Counted from the first letter of the stretch, positions 26,873 to 36,761 are shown. The stretch: 37,192 nucleotides of DNA from Schmidtea polychroa (GCA_044892525.1 CM097885.1:31956809-31994000); one strand, 5' to 3'. Translations and numbers: made by a program. The notes: a model not told the origin generated them from the sequence alone.

Positions 26873-27154
26873 TTAATTAACACATTCGCAGTCGTCATCT
26901 CCACATTTCATTATATTTTCAACGACATGATCAATACAATCGTTCGTAATATTATCTTTAGATTCATCTTTAGGTTCCTCTATAGGTTCCTCTATAGGTT
27001 CATCTATAGGTTCATAGATTTCCTCTTGAGTTTCTTCCTCATCATCAAATCCTGTATCTTGACTCTCAACTAACCAGCCGATATTTAAGGCATTTGTAAT
27101 AGATAATATGTCCTCAATTTTCACACCAGATATTTCTGCTAACTTTTCCAACAA
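26873..27154 (-). CDS. Small acidic protein with EPI(D/E)E repeats; start uncertain
   Basis: Open frame with coding-like composition; no in-frame ATG found, so it may have an upstream exon or a frameshift. Confidence 0.4.
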   Translation of the reverse strand: MLEKLAEISGVKIEDILSITNALNIGWLVESQDTGFDDEEETQEEIYEPIDEPIEEPIEEPKDESKDNITNDCIDHVVENIMKCGDDDCECVN

Positions 27155-27360
27155 AAGGTTGATTAAAAATTCAAAATAATAAATAATTCGGTAATTAATA
27201 AATCATGTTAACCTTTTTCTGCAGTCATTTTCATCACTTTAAAACTATATTATAAGTTTGTTTATAGATTTTCTTTGTTAAATTTGCATGTCATTTGCAT
27301 TTATGTTGCAATTAATAAAGAGAAAAACAAATCTGACTAATACATTTATTAAATATAACA

Positions 27361-27789
27361 TTAAAATATTTGTGAAAGTCTAGGAGACATAATTTTCCAA
27401 ATAGGAGAATATACATCATTATTATCAACTTTATATCCCTGGATTGCAATTATTATATACCAATTTTCATTTTCTTTGAAACTGATTTCATCAAAAGCAT
27501 CATAAAATCTTGCATATCTATTGTTGAACCACGCATGTTGATTACACGATAGATTCGAATCTATCCGTTTAAAAACATCATCAATAGTTTTGACATCAAT
27601 CATTGAAAGCGTGCCGGATAAGAATTCAAATTTAGTTGGAATTAGCTTGACTGGTGCAACCAATTTCATATTGATTTCTTCTTTCAAAAAATACATTTTG
27701 TAGTTGTGGAACATTTGAACTGGTTGTACCATTTGAACTGGTTGTATCATTTCTTTAGGTTTTTCGGTGCTTGAAATTTTCTTAGTCAT
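27361..27789 (-). CDS. Hypothetical 142-aa protein, possibly OB-fold/ssDNA-binding-like
   Basis: ATG-to-stop ORF with TATAAAAA at 27830-27823. The C-terminal IIIAIQGYKV...YSPIWKI pattern recalls viral gp32-like SSB beta strands (weak inference). Confidence 0.6.
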   Translation of the reverse strand: MTKKISSTEKPKEMIQPVQMVQPVQMFHNYKMYFLKEEINMKLVAPVKLIPTKFEFLSGTLSMIDVKTIDDVFKRIDSNLSCNQHAWFNNRYARFYDAFDEISFKENENWYIIIAIQGYKVDNNDVYSPIWKIMSPRLSQIF

Positions 27790-28163
27790 CGTGAATAATG
27801 AATAAATTTAAATGTTACAGGGTTTTTATACCTTTGACTCATGCCTATCAACCAATCAGATTATAGCATGTCTTTGTTTAAATTGCATTCAAAATGCATT
27901 GATGTTGCATTGTCACATGTTCTATTATTTTTATTAATGTTTTATTATTATTAATGTTTTNNNNNNNNNNNNNNNNNNNNNNNNNNNNNNNNNNNNNNNN
28001 NNNNNNNNNNNNNNNNNNNNNNNNNNNNNNNNNNNNNNNNNNNNNNNNNNNNNNNNNNNNNNNNNNNNNNNNNNNNNNNNNNNNNNNNNNNNNNNNNNNN
28101 NNNNNNNNNNNNNNNNNNNNNNNNNNNNNNNNNNNNNNNNATAAAACACAATAAAAAATACAT

Positions 28164-28581
28164 TTATAGGTAACCTAAATCTACAATCCGGGAGTAGTGA
28201 AACCTTCTCAGAGTTTTCACTAACTCCCATTCGACATATCGCCGATATTGATCGGCACAGCATGAGCATCCGATGATGCATTGGTACTCCGGCTCCATTT
28301 GTTTCATAGTTCTGTTGATTTTCACATTCCATAAAAATTGGTGAAATACCTCCATTATTCTAATTTGCGTGGCATAAAAAATCAAATCAGGGATGATTTC
28401 CGGTTCCCGATCTTTGATTACTTCAGCAATTTGCGGATAATAATATTTTATCCTATTAATCATTATTTTTAAATATTTTTCTAAAATAATAAATATAAAA
28501 AAATGTGAAAATAAAAATTTTAAATTTACCATAATCATCAATATCCTTCATGAGATTCGCGGCGCTCGGAATTTTGTACAT
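28164..28581 (-). CDS. Spliced hypothetical protein (exons 28581-28530 and 28480-28164; 49-nt intron); CxxxCxCC motif
   Basis: ATG 28581 MYKIPSAANLMKDIDDY-G|GTAAATT...TTTTAG|AA restores the frame (...DDYEKYLKIMINRIK...). The ORF track's N-terminus is intron read-through. Confidence 0.7.
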
Positions 28582-28653
28582 AGTGAAATAAATGAATCCT
28601 AAACAAAAAACCGTTTGTTTAAATCAATCAATAACCAATTAGAAATTAACCAA

Positions 28654-29091
28654 TTAGAAATCGACCAATGAAATTATCTCATTTCGAACCTTGTCAACAA
28701 ATTCTCTATACTCCAAATTTCTCAACCCCAACATGACAACCTTTCCACTAGCAAACACGTTGACACATATAGGGTTATATTTTAATAGTCTTAGTGCCGG
28801 AAACAATTCCGGTTCAAACATACAATCACATTTTTTCGATATGTTATATAGATTGATACTATGTCCCATATCCATAGTAACGGTAATTGATTGGATTATA
28901 ATATTATTTATTCGATATTGTAATTTATTAATATCCAAAGGTTTCTTACATCCCATGATTCTGCATTTACCAGTCTTGAAAAATATTATCGGATATTTCC
29001 CACTTCTATCGATAATTTGCTGGGGTTTCCCTGGTGGGAACCTCATATTCGATACATCAAAATTTCCTCGATAATTTATATTTGCTAACAT
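28654..29091 (-). CDS. TATA-binding-protein (TBP)-like protein, minimal two-repeat core (145 aa)
   Basis: Repeat 2 FEPELFPALRL...VNVFASGKVVMLG matches TBP YEPELFPGLIY...LIFxSGKVVLTG; repeat 1 IIFFKTGKCRIMGCK matches LIFSSGKMVCTGAK; QSITVTMDMGHSINL matches QNMVGSCDVxFPIRL. Confidence 0.85.
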   Translation of the reverse strand: MLANINYRGNFDVSNMRFPPGKPQQIIDRSGKYPIIFFKTGKCRIMGCKKPLDINKLQYRINNIIIQSITVTMDMGHSINLYNISKKCDCMFEPELFPALRLLKYNPICVNVFASGKVVMLGLRNLEYREFVDKVRNEIISLVDF

Positions 29092-29190
29092 TATTAAATC
29101 ATTTATGAAAATTAGTCTTTATATACAAATTGAGCACGAGTTCATTAAATCATCGAATATAAACAAATACACATATATAAAATCTTTGAA

Positions 29191-29817
29191 ATGGAATTAA
29201 GAAATGATGCAGTATACCAAATCGTTGGTCCGAGTGGTAGTGGAAAAACATTATTTGTTTGTAAATTACTAAAATCAAATTTATTCAAATCAAAATTCAA
29301 CAGGATTTATTGGCATAGGGGTGCTGATGAAGAACATGGATTAACTCAATCAAGTTTCTGTAAATTAAAAAACATGAAAATAGTAAAGGGATTCGATAAA
29401 AACTGGTCCAGCCGATTAAAGAAAGGTGATGTCATTATTATCGATGATTTGTATCAAGAAGCTAATAAAGAAAAAGATTTTAATAATTTATTTTCAAAGA
29501 TCAGCAGACATGTCGGTGTAACAGTTATTTTCATAACACAAAATCTATTTCATCAAGGTGGGGCACATCGAACACGTAATTTAAATGTACAATATTTAGT
29601 CATTTTCAAGAATCCTAGAGATGCAACAGTGATTGATTTTCTTGCACGTCAAGCATACCCTAACAATCGTAATTTTCTTATCAGTGCATTTCAAGATGCT
29701 ACAAAAATACCTCATGGATATATATTTCTTGATTTCACACAACAATGTCCCGATGATTTACGTGTAAAAACAGATATCTTCAACCCAAAAGGTGTCATGG
29801 TTTATAAACAAAGTTGA
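29191..29817 (+). CDS. Polinton A32-like (FtsK/HerA) DNA-packaging ATPase
   Basis: Walker A GPSGSGKT; Walker B IIIDD; ITQNLF, FKNPRD, LARQAYP and PHGYIFLD motifs typical of Polinton ATPases. Confidence 0.92.
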   Translation: MELRNDAVYQIVGPSGSGKTLFVCKLLKSNLFKSKFNRIYWHRGADEEHGLTQSSFCKLKNMKIVKGFDKNWSSRLKKGDVIIIDDLYQEANKEKDFNNLFSKISRHVGVTVIFITQNLFHQGGAHRTRNLNVQYLVIFKNPRDATVIDFLARQAYPNNRNFLISAFQDATKIPHGYIFLDFTQQCPDDLRVKTDIFNPKGVMVYKQS

Positions 29818-29875
29818 AAACCTCTATGAATAATAATGTTTCTAAAAGCAAGGGTGAAAAATATTAGGAAATTAA

Positions 29876-32800
29876 GAAAAAGTATTAGAAAGAGTATTAA
29901 AGTTCCAAAAGTTCCACCAACAACTAGTTATACACCGTCTAAAAAACTTTTTCTCCAATAACGCCGAAGTTTTTTCCGATAATTTTCTATTAGAGGGCAT
30001 CACTAAGTTAAATAATAAAATTGAAAAATTCACCTATTTAGGAAGCGGATGGCGGGTTGTTAGGATAAAAGAAATAGATTTTATAATAAATAAATATAAA
30101 TGTATAAATAGATTAGCTGGACATAGTTACATCCCCACCCCAGCGGCTTTAAATTCTAAAAAAGCAATTGTAAATATACAGAACACAGATGATATGTGTT
30201 TCATCTATAGTATTCTAGCCCTCTTAAAGCGTGATATTATACACCGCAATAGGCACCGTGTTACTGCTTATGAGAGTTATTTAAACGAGATCAATTTCGA
30301 CCCTATTAGTGATTGCCCGATGAAATTATGTGACATACCCAAATTTGAACGCAAAAACAGTGAACTGAACTTGGCTATTAACGTTTTAACTTATAGGAAT
30401 AAACCAGCTAAGCCTATTGAACATCAAGATATAGATTATATTCCCCATCACCCACATCTAGATATTATTCACCGCTCTAAGGTTATAGGTGGTGAACCCA
30501 TATATTTATTATTATTAGAAGACGGTAGTTATTTTCATTACACCGCAGTTTTTGATCTGCAAAAACTTATGAATTGTCATCCTAATAATTCCTGTAATAT
30601 ACAAATTTGCGTAAAATGGTGTCCTCATTGCCTTAATGGCTTTAGATATAATAAGATATTTAATATACATGTAGATTTATGTAGTAAGAACCAAATAGGT
30701 ACTACATTGTATACCCTACCTAAGGACAAAAATTTAATTTTTAAAGATTTTTCCAAAAGAATAACCCCGCCATTCGTGATATATGCCGATTTTGAGGCAA
30801 TTTTACCTGAAGACATCACCCACCACCAAAAACATATGCCAATAACAGCAGGCATGTTATTAATTAATAATTATAATAATACCAGATTTTATTATGAGTT
30901 TGTTGGGGATGATTGTGTGTTGTCTTTCTTGCGTAAGGTGGAGGAAATTGCTGTCACAATTGTCCTACCATATTACGAAATTAATGGGAAAAAGCCCATG
31001 CAAACCTTGTCTTTCACTGAAGAACGTGTTTTTCGAGAATCCAGAACCTGTTACCTTTGTAAAAAATTCATTAAAGATAGAGTTAGGGATCATTGTCACT
31101 TCACAGGCAAGTATCTTGGTGCTGCCTGTAGGAACTGTAATGTTTCGCGACGAATTCAGAAACAGTTACCGGTTGTCTTTCACAATTTGAGGGGGTATGA
31201 TTTACATCATATTTTGAAGTATGGTTTGAATAATTTTCCTTCTTGGGAATTAAATATTATTCCGACTACTACTGAGAAATTCATCTCCCTCATCGCGTAT
31301 ATTAACAAATTGCCTGTTCGTTTTATTGACAGCATGCAGTTTGTTAATTCATCTTTAGCAAAAGCAGTTAAAACTCTTTCCGATCTGCCTTTAACTTCTT
31401 CTGTTTTTGATGGCGCAATTGTTCGAGCCAAAGGTATCTTTCCTTATGACTTTGCTACATCGCTTGAGGTTCTGGAATCGACTCTTGAACTACCTCCGAT
31501 CTGGGATTCTGTGTCTAATGATGAGTATGCATTAGCCCAAGTTATTTGGACTCAGCAAAATTGCAACAACATGTTAGATTACATGTTAACTTACCTTAAA
31601 TTAGACGTGTTTCTCCTCGCAGATTATTTTACTCAATTCCGTGAAAAGGCCATTGCTTACAATGGTCTGGAGCCTCTTAATTTCTATGGCATTCCCGGTA
31701 TGTCATGGGCCTCAGCGCTTATGACATTAACGGAACCCATTGAACTTCTGCAGGACATGGAAATGTTTAATTTCTATGAAGGAGGGATACGGGGTGGGTT
31801 AACATTTGTTAACAAACATTATGTTGTAAGTTCTGAAGACACAGAACTCTTGTATATTGACATAAATAACTTGTATGGTTGGGCCTTAAGCCAAAAGCTT
31901 CCGTATGCTGACTTTGAATGGGTGTATGATGATCTTGATTCTGTCTTGAATGAATGTATGAATGAGGATATTGAAAATCTTCCATATGGATATACAATGG
32001 AAGTAGATATTGATATCCCTCAGTGTGTGCATGATTTTTTGAATGATTTTCCGATTGCTCCGGAAAAAATGTGCCCGCCAGATTCGAAAGTTGAGAAGCT
32101 GATGCTCACGCATTGGCCGAAGAAGAACCATGTTCTTCATTGGCGACTTCTCAAGTTGTATATAGAATTGGGGGCTGTAATTAAAAATGTACATAGGGCA
32201 ATTAAATTTAAACATGCACCCATTTTTAAAGATTACATATCGACTAATACTAATTTGCGCTCAAATTCTACATGCGAGCTGCATAGAGATTTATATAAAT
32301 TATTTAATAATAGTCTGTATGGGAAATCCGTGGAAAACCTTAAAAAACGGATGAATTTGAGGCTATGCAATTCAGCTGAAAAGATGATTGTATATGCTTC
32401 AAAGCCGACTTTCAAGAAATCAATCAAAATGGCTGATGACTTGATTGCTGCACATCTAAATAAGGATTCTATATGTTTAGACAGGCCTATCTACATTGGC
32501 CAATCTGTGCTAGACCTGTCTAAACTGAGGATGTACCAGTTACAGTATATAGAATTGGCAAAATATCGTTTAGAGTTTAACTGTGATATAAATATCGTTG
32601 CCGGCGACACCGACTCCTTTTTCTTAGAGATAAAGCACTGTAAGCTTGACACTCTTTTGCCGGCAATGATTCGTGATAATCTTCTAGATACCAGCAATTA
32701 TGATCCTGCTCATCCTTTGTATTCAAAGAGTTTGGATTCTGTGATAGGGAAATTTAAGGACGAAAGTAAAGGGCTTGGTTATAAGGAGTGGGTTTTCTTG

Positions 32801-33295
32801 CGCCCTAAGTGTTATAGTTTGTTAGGAGATAAGGCAACACTTAGGGCTAAGGGAGTTCAGCTTGGTAATACTGAGATAGAGCACCAGTCTTATTTAGACT
32901 GCTACAACAACAGCGTAGTATATACGGTGCCACAAACTAGAATAGGGACTCGTAACCACCAGCTCTTTACTTTTAAGAACAGTAAAATAGCCTTGTCGAA
33001 CAACGATGACAAGAGACTATGGGTGGGGCCTAATTCCAGTCTGGCATATGGGCATTATTTAGGATTTGACGAAACTGATGATGGTCAGATATTTTCTGAA
33101 GTAGGACCACATTTTGGTGGCTTGAGTCCAGACCTTGACGATGACTCGGATCCTGATAATCCTGATATTCCTGGTCAGATATTCGAAGAGATTGGCCCGT
33201 TTTTTGGGGGTTTGAGCCCCGATTTTGATGAAGACTCAGACATTTTTATTAGAGAAATCGGCATCGATATTGACGATGTCATTTTATCAGATTAA
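29876..33295 (+). CDS. polB: Protein-primed family B DNA polymerase (pPolB) with an endonuclease VII-like zinc domain; the true start lies upstream of 30194
   Basis: Frame open from 29876 and includes the Polinton N-terminal GSGW...SYIP...KKAIVNIQN motif; DHCHFTGKYLGAAC; Exo I YADFE, Exo II FHNLRGYD, Exo III YLKLDV; Pol A DINNLYG, B KLFNNSLYGK, C GDTDS. Confidence 0.95.
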   Translation, partial: EKVLERVLKFQKFHQQLVIHRLKNFFSNNAEVFSDNFLLEGITKLNNKIEKFTYLGSGWRVVRIKEIDFIINKYKCINRLAGHSYIPTPAALNSKKAIVNIQNTDDMCFIYSILALLKRDIIHRNRHRVTAYESYLNEINFDPISDCPMKLCDIPKFERKNSELNLAINVLTYRNKPAKPIEHQDIDYIPHHPHLDIIHRSKVIGGEPIYLLLLEDGSYFHYTAVFDLQKLMNCHPNNSCNIQICVKWCPHCLNGFRYNKIFNIHVDLCSKNQIGTTLYTLPKDKNLIFKDFSKRITPPFVIYADFEAILPEDITHHQKHMPITAGMLLINNYNNTRFYYEFVGDDCVLSFLRKVEEIAVTIVLPYYEINGKKPMQTLSFTEERVFRESRTCYLCKKFIKDRVRDHCHFTGKYLGAACRNCNVSRRIQKQLPVVFHNLRGYDLHHILKYGLNNFPSWELNIIPTTTEKFISLIAYINKLPVRFIDSMQFVNSSLAKAVKTLSDLPLTSSVFDGAIVRAKGIFPYDFATSLEVLESTLELPPIWDSVSNDEYALAQVIWTQQNCNNMLDYMLTYLKLDVFLLADYFTQFREKAIAYNGLEPLNFYGIPGMSWASALMTLTEPIELLQDMEMFNFYEGGIRGGLTFVNKHYVVSSEDTELLYIDINNLYGWALSQKLPYADFEWVYDDLDSVLNECMNEDIENLPYGYTMEVDIDIPQCVHDFLNDFPIAPEKMCPPDSKVEKLMLTHWPKKNHVLHWRLLKLYIELGAVIKNVHRAIKFKHAPIFKDYISTNTNLRSNSTCELHRDLYKLFNNSLYGKSVENLKKRMNLRLCNSAEKMIVYASKPTFKKSIKMADDLIAAHLNKDSICLDRPIYIGQSVLDLSKLRMYQLQYIELAKYRLEFNCDINIVAGDTDSFFLEIKHCKLDTLLPAMIRDNLLDTSNYDPAHPLYSKSLDSVIGKFKDESKGLGYKEWVFLRPKCYSLLGDKATLRAKGVQLGNTEIEHQSYLDCYNNSVVYTVPQTRIGTRNHQLFTFKNSKIALSNNDDKRLWVGPNSSLAYGHYLGFDETDDGQIFSEVGPHFGGLSPDLDDDSDPDNPDIPGQIFEEIGPFFGGLSPDFDEDSDIFIREIGIDIDDVILSD

Positions 33296-33543
33296 TTTGT
33301 GTTTTAATATATTTTTAAAAAAAAAATAGTCTTTATATTGTTTTATTTCGTTTTATTGAAAACTGGTGATAGTTTTCAAGGTTCTTACAACAGTTAAACG
33401 CTTGTATAAATATATAAAAATTTGATTATTTCACACAAGTGTTAACTTTTGAAAGAATTTTGTTAGAAATTTTATATTTTTATTGTGTAATAGTGTTGCA
33501 GTGGGCACGCAACATTATTTATCTGTTGATAGGATTTTTTTTT

Positions 33544-33545
<2 letters not shown>

Positions 33546-33580
<35 letters not shown>
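33546..33580. repeat. (AAT)n microsatellite just inside the right TIR
   Basis: About 11 AAT units read directly. Confidence 0.9.
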
Positions 33581-33581
<1 letters not shown>

Positions 33582-33585
33582 CCTT

Positions 33586-34208
33586 GTGAGTTGTTGAGCA
33601 TGAGCAGTACCCTTTTGAGCATTACCCATAGGGGGACAAAATATTTTGTCGGATAAACTCGGAGNNNNNNNNNNNNNNNNNNNNNNNNNNNNNNNNNNNN
33701 NNNNNNNNNNNNNNNNNNNNNNNNNNNNNNNNNNNNNNNNNNNNNNNNNNNNNNNNNNNNNNNNNNNNNNNNNNNNNNNNNNNNNNNNNNNNNNNNNNNN
33801 NNNNNNNNNNNNNNNNNNNNNNNNNNNNNNNNNNNACTTTGTCAATATTAAAGATGGTGATAACAACAATAGCTCATTCGAAAGGTCTTGCACCAAGCTT
33901 CAAAATAAGCTATCGATCGATGAAATAGGTTGATGGGAACGATAACTTTTGGCAGGCCAAATAGTAGGTCACCGCTGGAACAAAGACATTAGAAATAATA
34001 ATAATTATATATCATCGGATGAGTCATATGTCTTTGTTCTTAAGTCGACCTTGAATGCTTGATGAGTCATCGGATGAGTCATCGGATGAGTCATATGTCT
34101 TTGTTCTTGAAAAAAAATTTTATAATTTTTTCCGGCCGGGGGGGGGGTGGGGTAAAAATGTCTTTGTTCCAGCGGTGACCTGTTCTAGCGGTGACCATAC
34201 CATCTACT
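33586..34208 (-). repeat. Right TIR of the Polinton-like element
   Basis: Inverted copy of the left TIR; one extra GATGAGTCATCG unit. Confidence 0.92.
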
Positions 34209-34214
34209 AATACA

Positions 34215-35825
34215 AAAATAGTATAGCACCAATAGTTCCTTTCTTTTAATGCAATATCGTTTTTCATGGCTCGTCATCGAGTGTAATCCATACGCAATTA
34301 CTCTCTCCTTTCCATCTTTCCAATCCCTCGAATATGTTATTCGTTCCTTCAATTCATTCAGGTTTTTTGTTACTCGGACCGCTACATAATTGTTCTAACA
34401 TCCTTGGTTCCTTTGCATACTCAATGATGAATTTTCAATAATAATTGCAAATGCCTAGGAAGCTTCAAAGTTTCTTTACGCAACTTGGCTTCCCAAAGTT
34501 TTGTATAGCCTGAATTTTAGAAGGATCTGTCTGTAATCCTTCTTTGCTGAGTATGCATCCTAAGAATCTGATTTCTCTGTGTATTATTTGACATTTCTGG
34601 GTTAATCTTTAGTCCTGCTTCCTCGATCGCTTTTAATACTTCACTGAGTATTGTATAATCCTTTTCTTTACTATTCGAATAAATCAAAATGTCATCCAAA
34701 TTCACTATTGCTCCATTTATTTTGCCTATTACCTTTGTCATAATTTCCTGGAACGTACCTGGTGCTGCAGCAATTCCGAACGACATTCTATTGAAACAGT
34801 ATTGCTCTTTCTTTGTTGAGAAGGCTGTTTTCCCTTGCGCTTTACCAAGATCAATTGAGCTAAAAAAACGGACCCTCCTAACAAATCTAACATCTCGTCT
34901 ATGTTTGGCATTGGGAATGCTTGCCTCTCTGTTACTGCATTCTGCTGTCTGAAATCCAAGCATAACCTAATATCCTTTTTCTCTTTTTTCCAAAGCAGAT
35001 TAAAGGCGTGTTTCATGGGGAGTTGCATTTCCATATAATCCCGTTTTCGTACAAATTTTGTATTGCTTCTTTAATTTTTGTTCACAAATTTAATGGTTGA
35101 CGATATGGTTTTATGTTTATTGGTTCACTTCTTGTAATTATCTTATGTTTTACTAATTGTGTTCGACCCACATCCCATTTATCCCACATAAACATGTTTC
35201 CACTGTTTGTTATTATTTCCTTTAATTTACTATCCTCATTAATCTTTAGGTGTTCCAACGCTCGCGTCAATCGTTCTCCATCCTTTATTTTTCTGCCAAA
35301 TTTGGCTTCAATTTTACAAATATAGTTCTTGTCTTTTTCACAAGTTTCGATATCTTTCTTTTTTTCCAACCTATATCCAAATGCTTCTTGTAATTCTACT
35401 CCTACAATCACCTCTGGTGTCACTTTCTCCGCCACAATGAATCTAACTTCATTGGAAATATCTTCGATAGTTATTTTAACCTTTGTTCTTCCAATTGTCT
35501 CTATCGTACTTTCGTTTGCACATCGTAACTTATTGTCGCTTCTCATCAATTGTTATTCTAGTAACTTGTTATAACAGTTCACACTCATTACGTTTATTCG
35601 TGCTCCGGTGTCTAATAAACAGTCGAAAATTTTCCCATTCATCATTACTGTTACACTAGGTCTTCCATGTAGCTTGTTATACACAATTTCTACCTCCTGC
35701 CCCGTTTCAATTGTTCCAATTCTTTCCAGTTCCTCTTCAAACCTTTCTCTCCTTAGGAACCTGTATACTTTCTCACTTACCCTTCCTACATTCTCCCACT
35801 TTTCTACCCCTTGAGGATATCCCAT
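34215..35825 (-). pseudogene. pol: Gypsy pol 5' part: protease, reverse transcriptase and start of RNase H (degenerate)
   Basis: CLLDTGARINVM (aspartic protease); IRLCLDFRQQNAVT...FPMPNID; FNRMSFGIAAAPGTFQ; VNLDDILIYS (YxDD equivalent). Many frameshifts. Confidence 0.92.
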
Positions 35826-35949
35826 CCACTTTTCTGTTAGTATATGTCTCCAACCAACTCCTCTACTGGTGGCGCCCTAATGTTTAGGTACGTCCTACTA
35901 AAATTATCGTACGATTCCATTCCCTCTTCTTCCTCGATTTCATTAATCC

Positions 35950-36761
35950 GACTGTATCTGTTTCCTGCCGGTCTTTGTTTCTCTATCGTTTTCTTGTAAC
36001 TCGACTTTGTTTAACATTCTTTAGATCTATGACCATTTCTGTTGCATCTTTTACACCGTATTTCTTGACATAACCTTCTTATATGACCTTCTTTCCCACA
36101 ACCAAAACATCTTGGAACTTTTTTATCTGGAAAGTTCCTACTTATATGTCCGATTCTGTGATACGTCCAGTACTCTATCTTACTTATTTTCGTGTGGCCT
36201 ATATTTTGGCATAGCCAGCACTCTGGCTCTTCTCGTCTCCTGCCTTCTTCTCTTTCATCTTTCTGCTGGTACTGTACTCTTCCCTGTGGATCATGATAGA
36301 CCACTCTTGAGTAACTTTTCATAGCGTTTCTCCCCGTTATTCATCAAAATTAATGTTTCCTTTATCTCATCTGTGCTTTTTATCTTCCGGAATATTACTT
36401 CTTTCTCAACTTCTTTATTCTCAGCACATACTATCAACATCTTTGCTGTTATTTTCTCTTTGGTGAATTCTTTGTTCTCAAACAACCTGTCGACAAGGCC
36501 CTCCACTTTTTAAAAAATATGTTTCAATCTCTTCGCCTCTTCTTTTAAAATTCAATAAACTTTCCATATCCTTTATTACGTCTCTTTCGTAATCAAATGC
36601 CATTCGTAACCTGGCTTGAAATCCTTTTGCTTTTGAAGTGTTTTTGCATATTTTTCCAATTGATCCTCGTCGATTATACATGCATTCAATCTTTCTTGTT
36701 CTTTTTTATTGATGCCTTTAGCATCGAAAAAAATCTCGCATCTTCTAATAAACTTTTCCAA
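35950..36761 (-). pseudogene. gag: Gypsy gag (frameshifted) with multiple CCHC zinc knuckles
   Basis: CFGCGKEGHIRRLC and CKRCNRNGHRSKEC intact, two more degenerate knuckles; reading frame broken into several short ORFs. Confidence 0.85.

Larger units (their letters stand above)
25024..34208. mobile_element. Polinton/Maverick-like self-synthesizing element, 9185 bp, lacking visible integrase/capsid/protease
   Basis: Termini AGTAGATGG...CCATCTACT (5'-AG...CT-3'); perfect 6-bp TSD AATACA (25018-25023, 34209-34214); ~630-bp TIRs; pPolB and A32-like ATPase genes. Confidence 0.93.

Noticed and set aside
28691-29074. Antisense/overlapping ORFs over TBP-like, PolB and gypsy genes (e.g. 28691, 30625, 30894, 31886, 34689, 35113)
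   Set aside because: Shadow frames of real coding sequences.
29941-29947. AAAAAAC as a -1 ribosomal frameshift site into PolB
   Set aside because: The needed shift from the upstream ATG frame is +1, so the canonical -1 mechanism does not fit.
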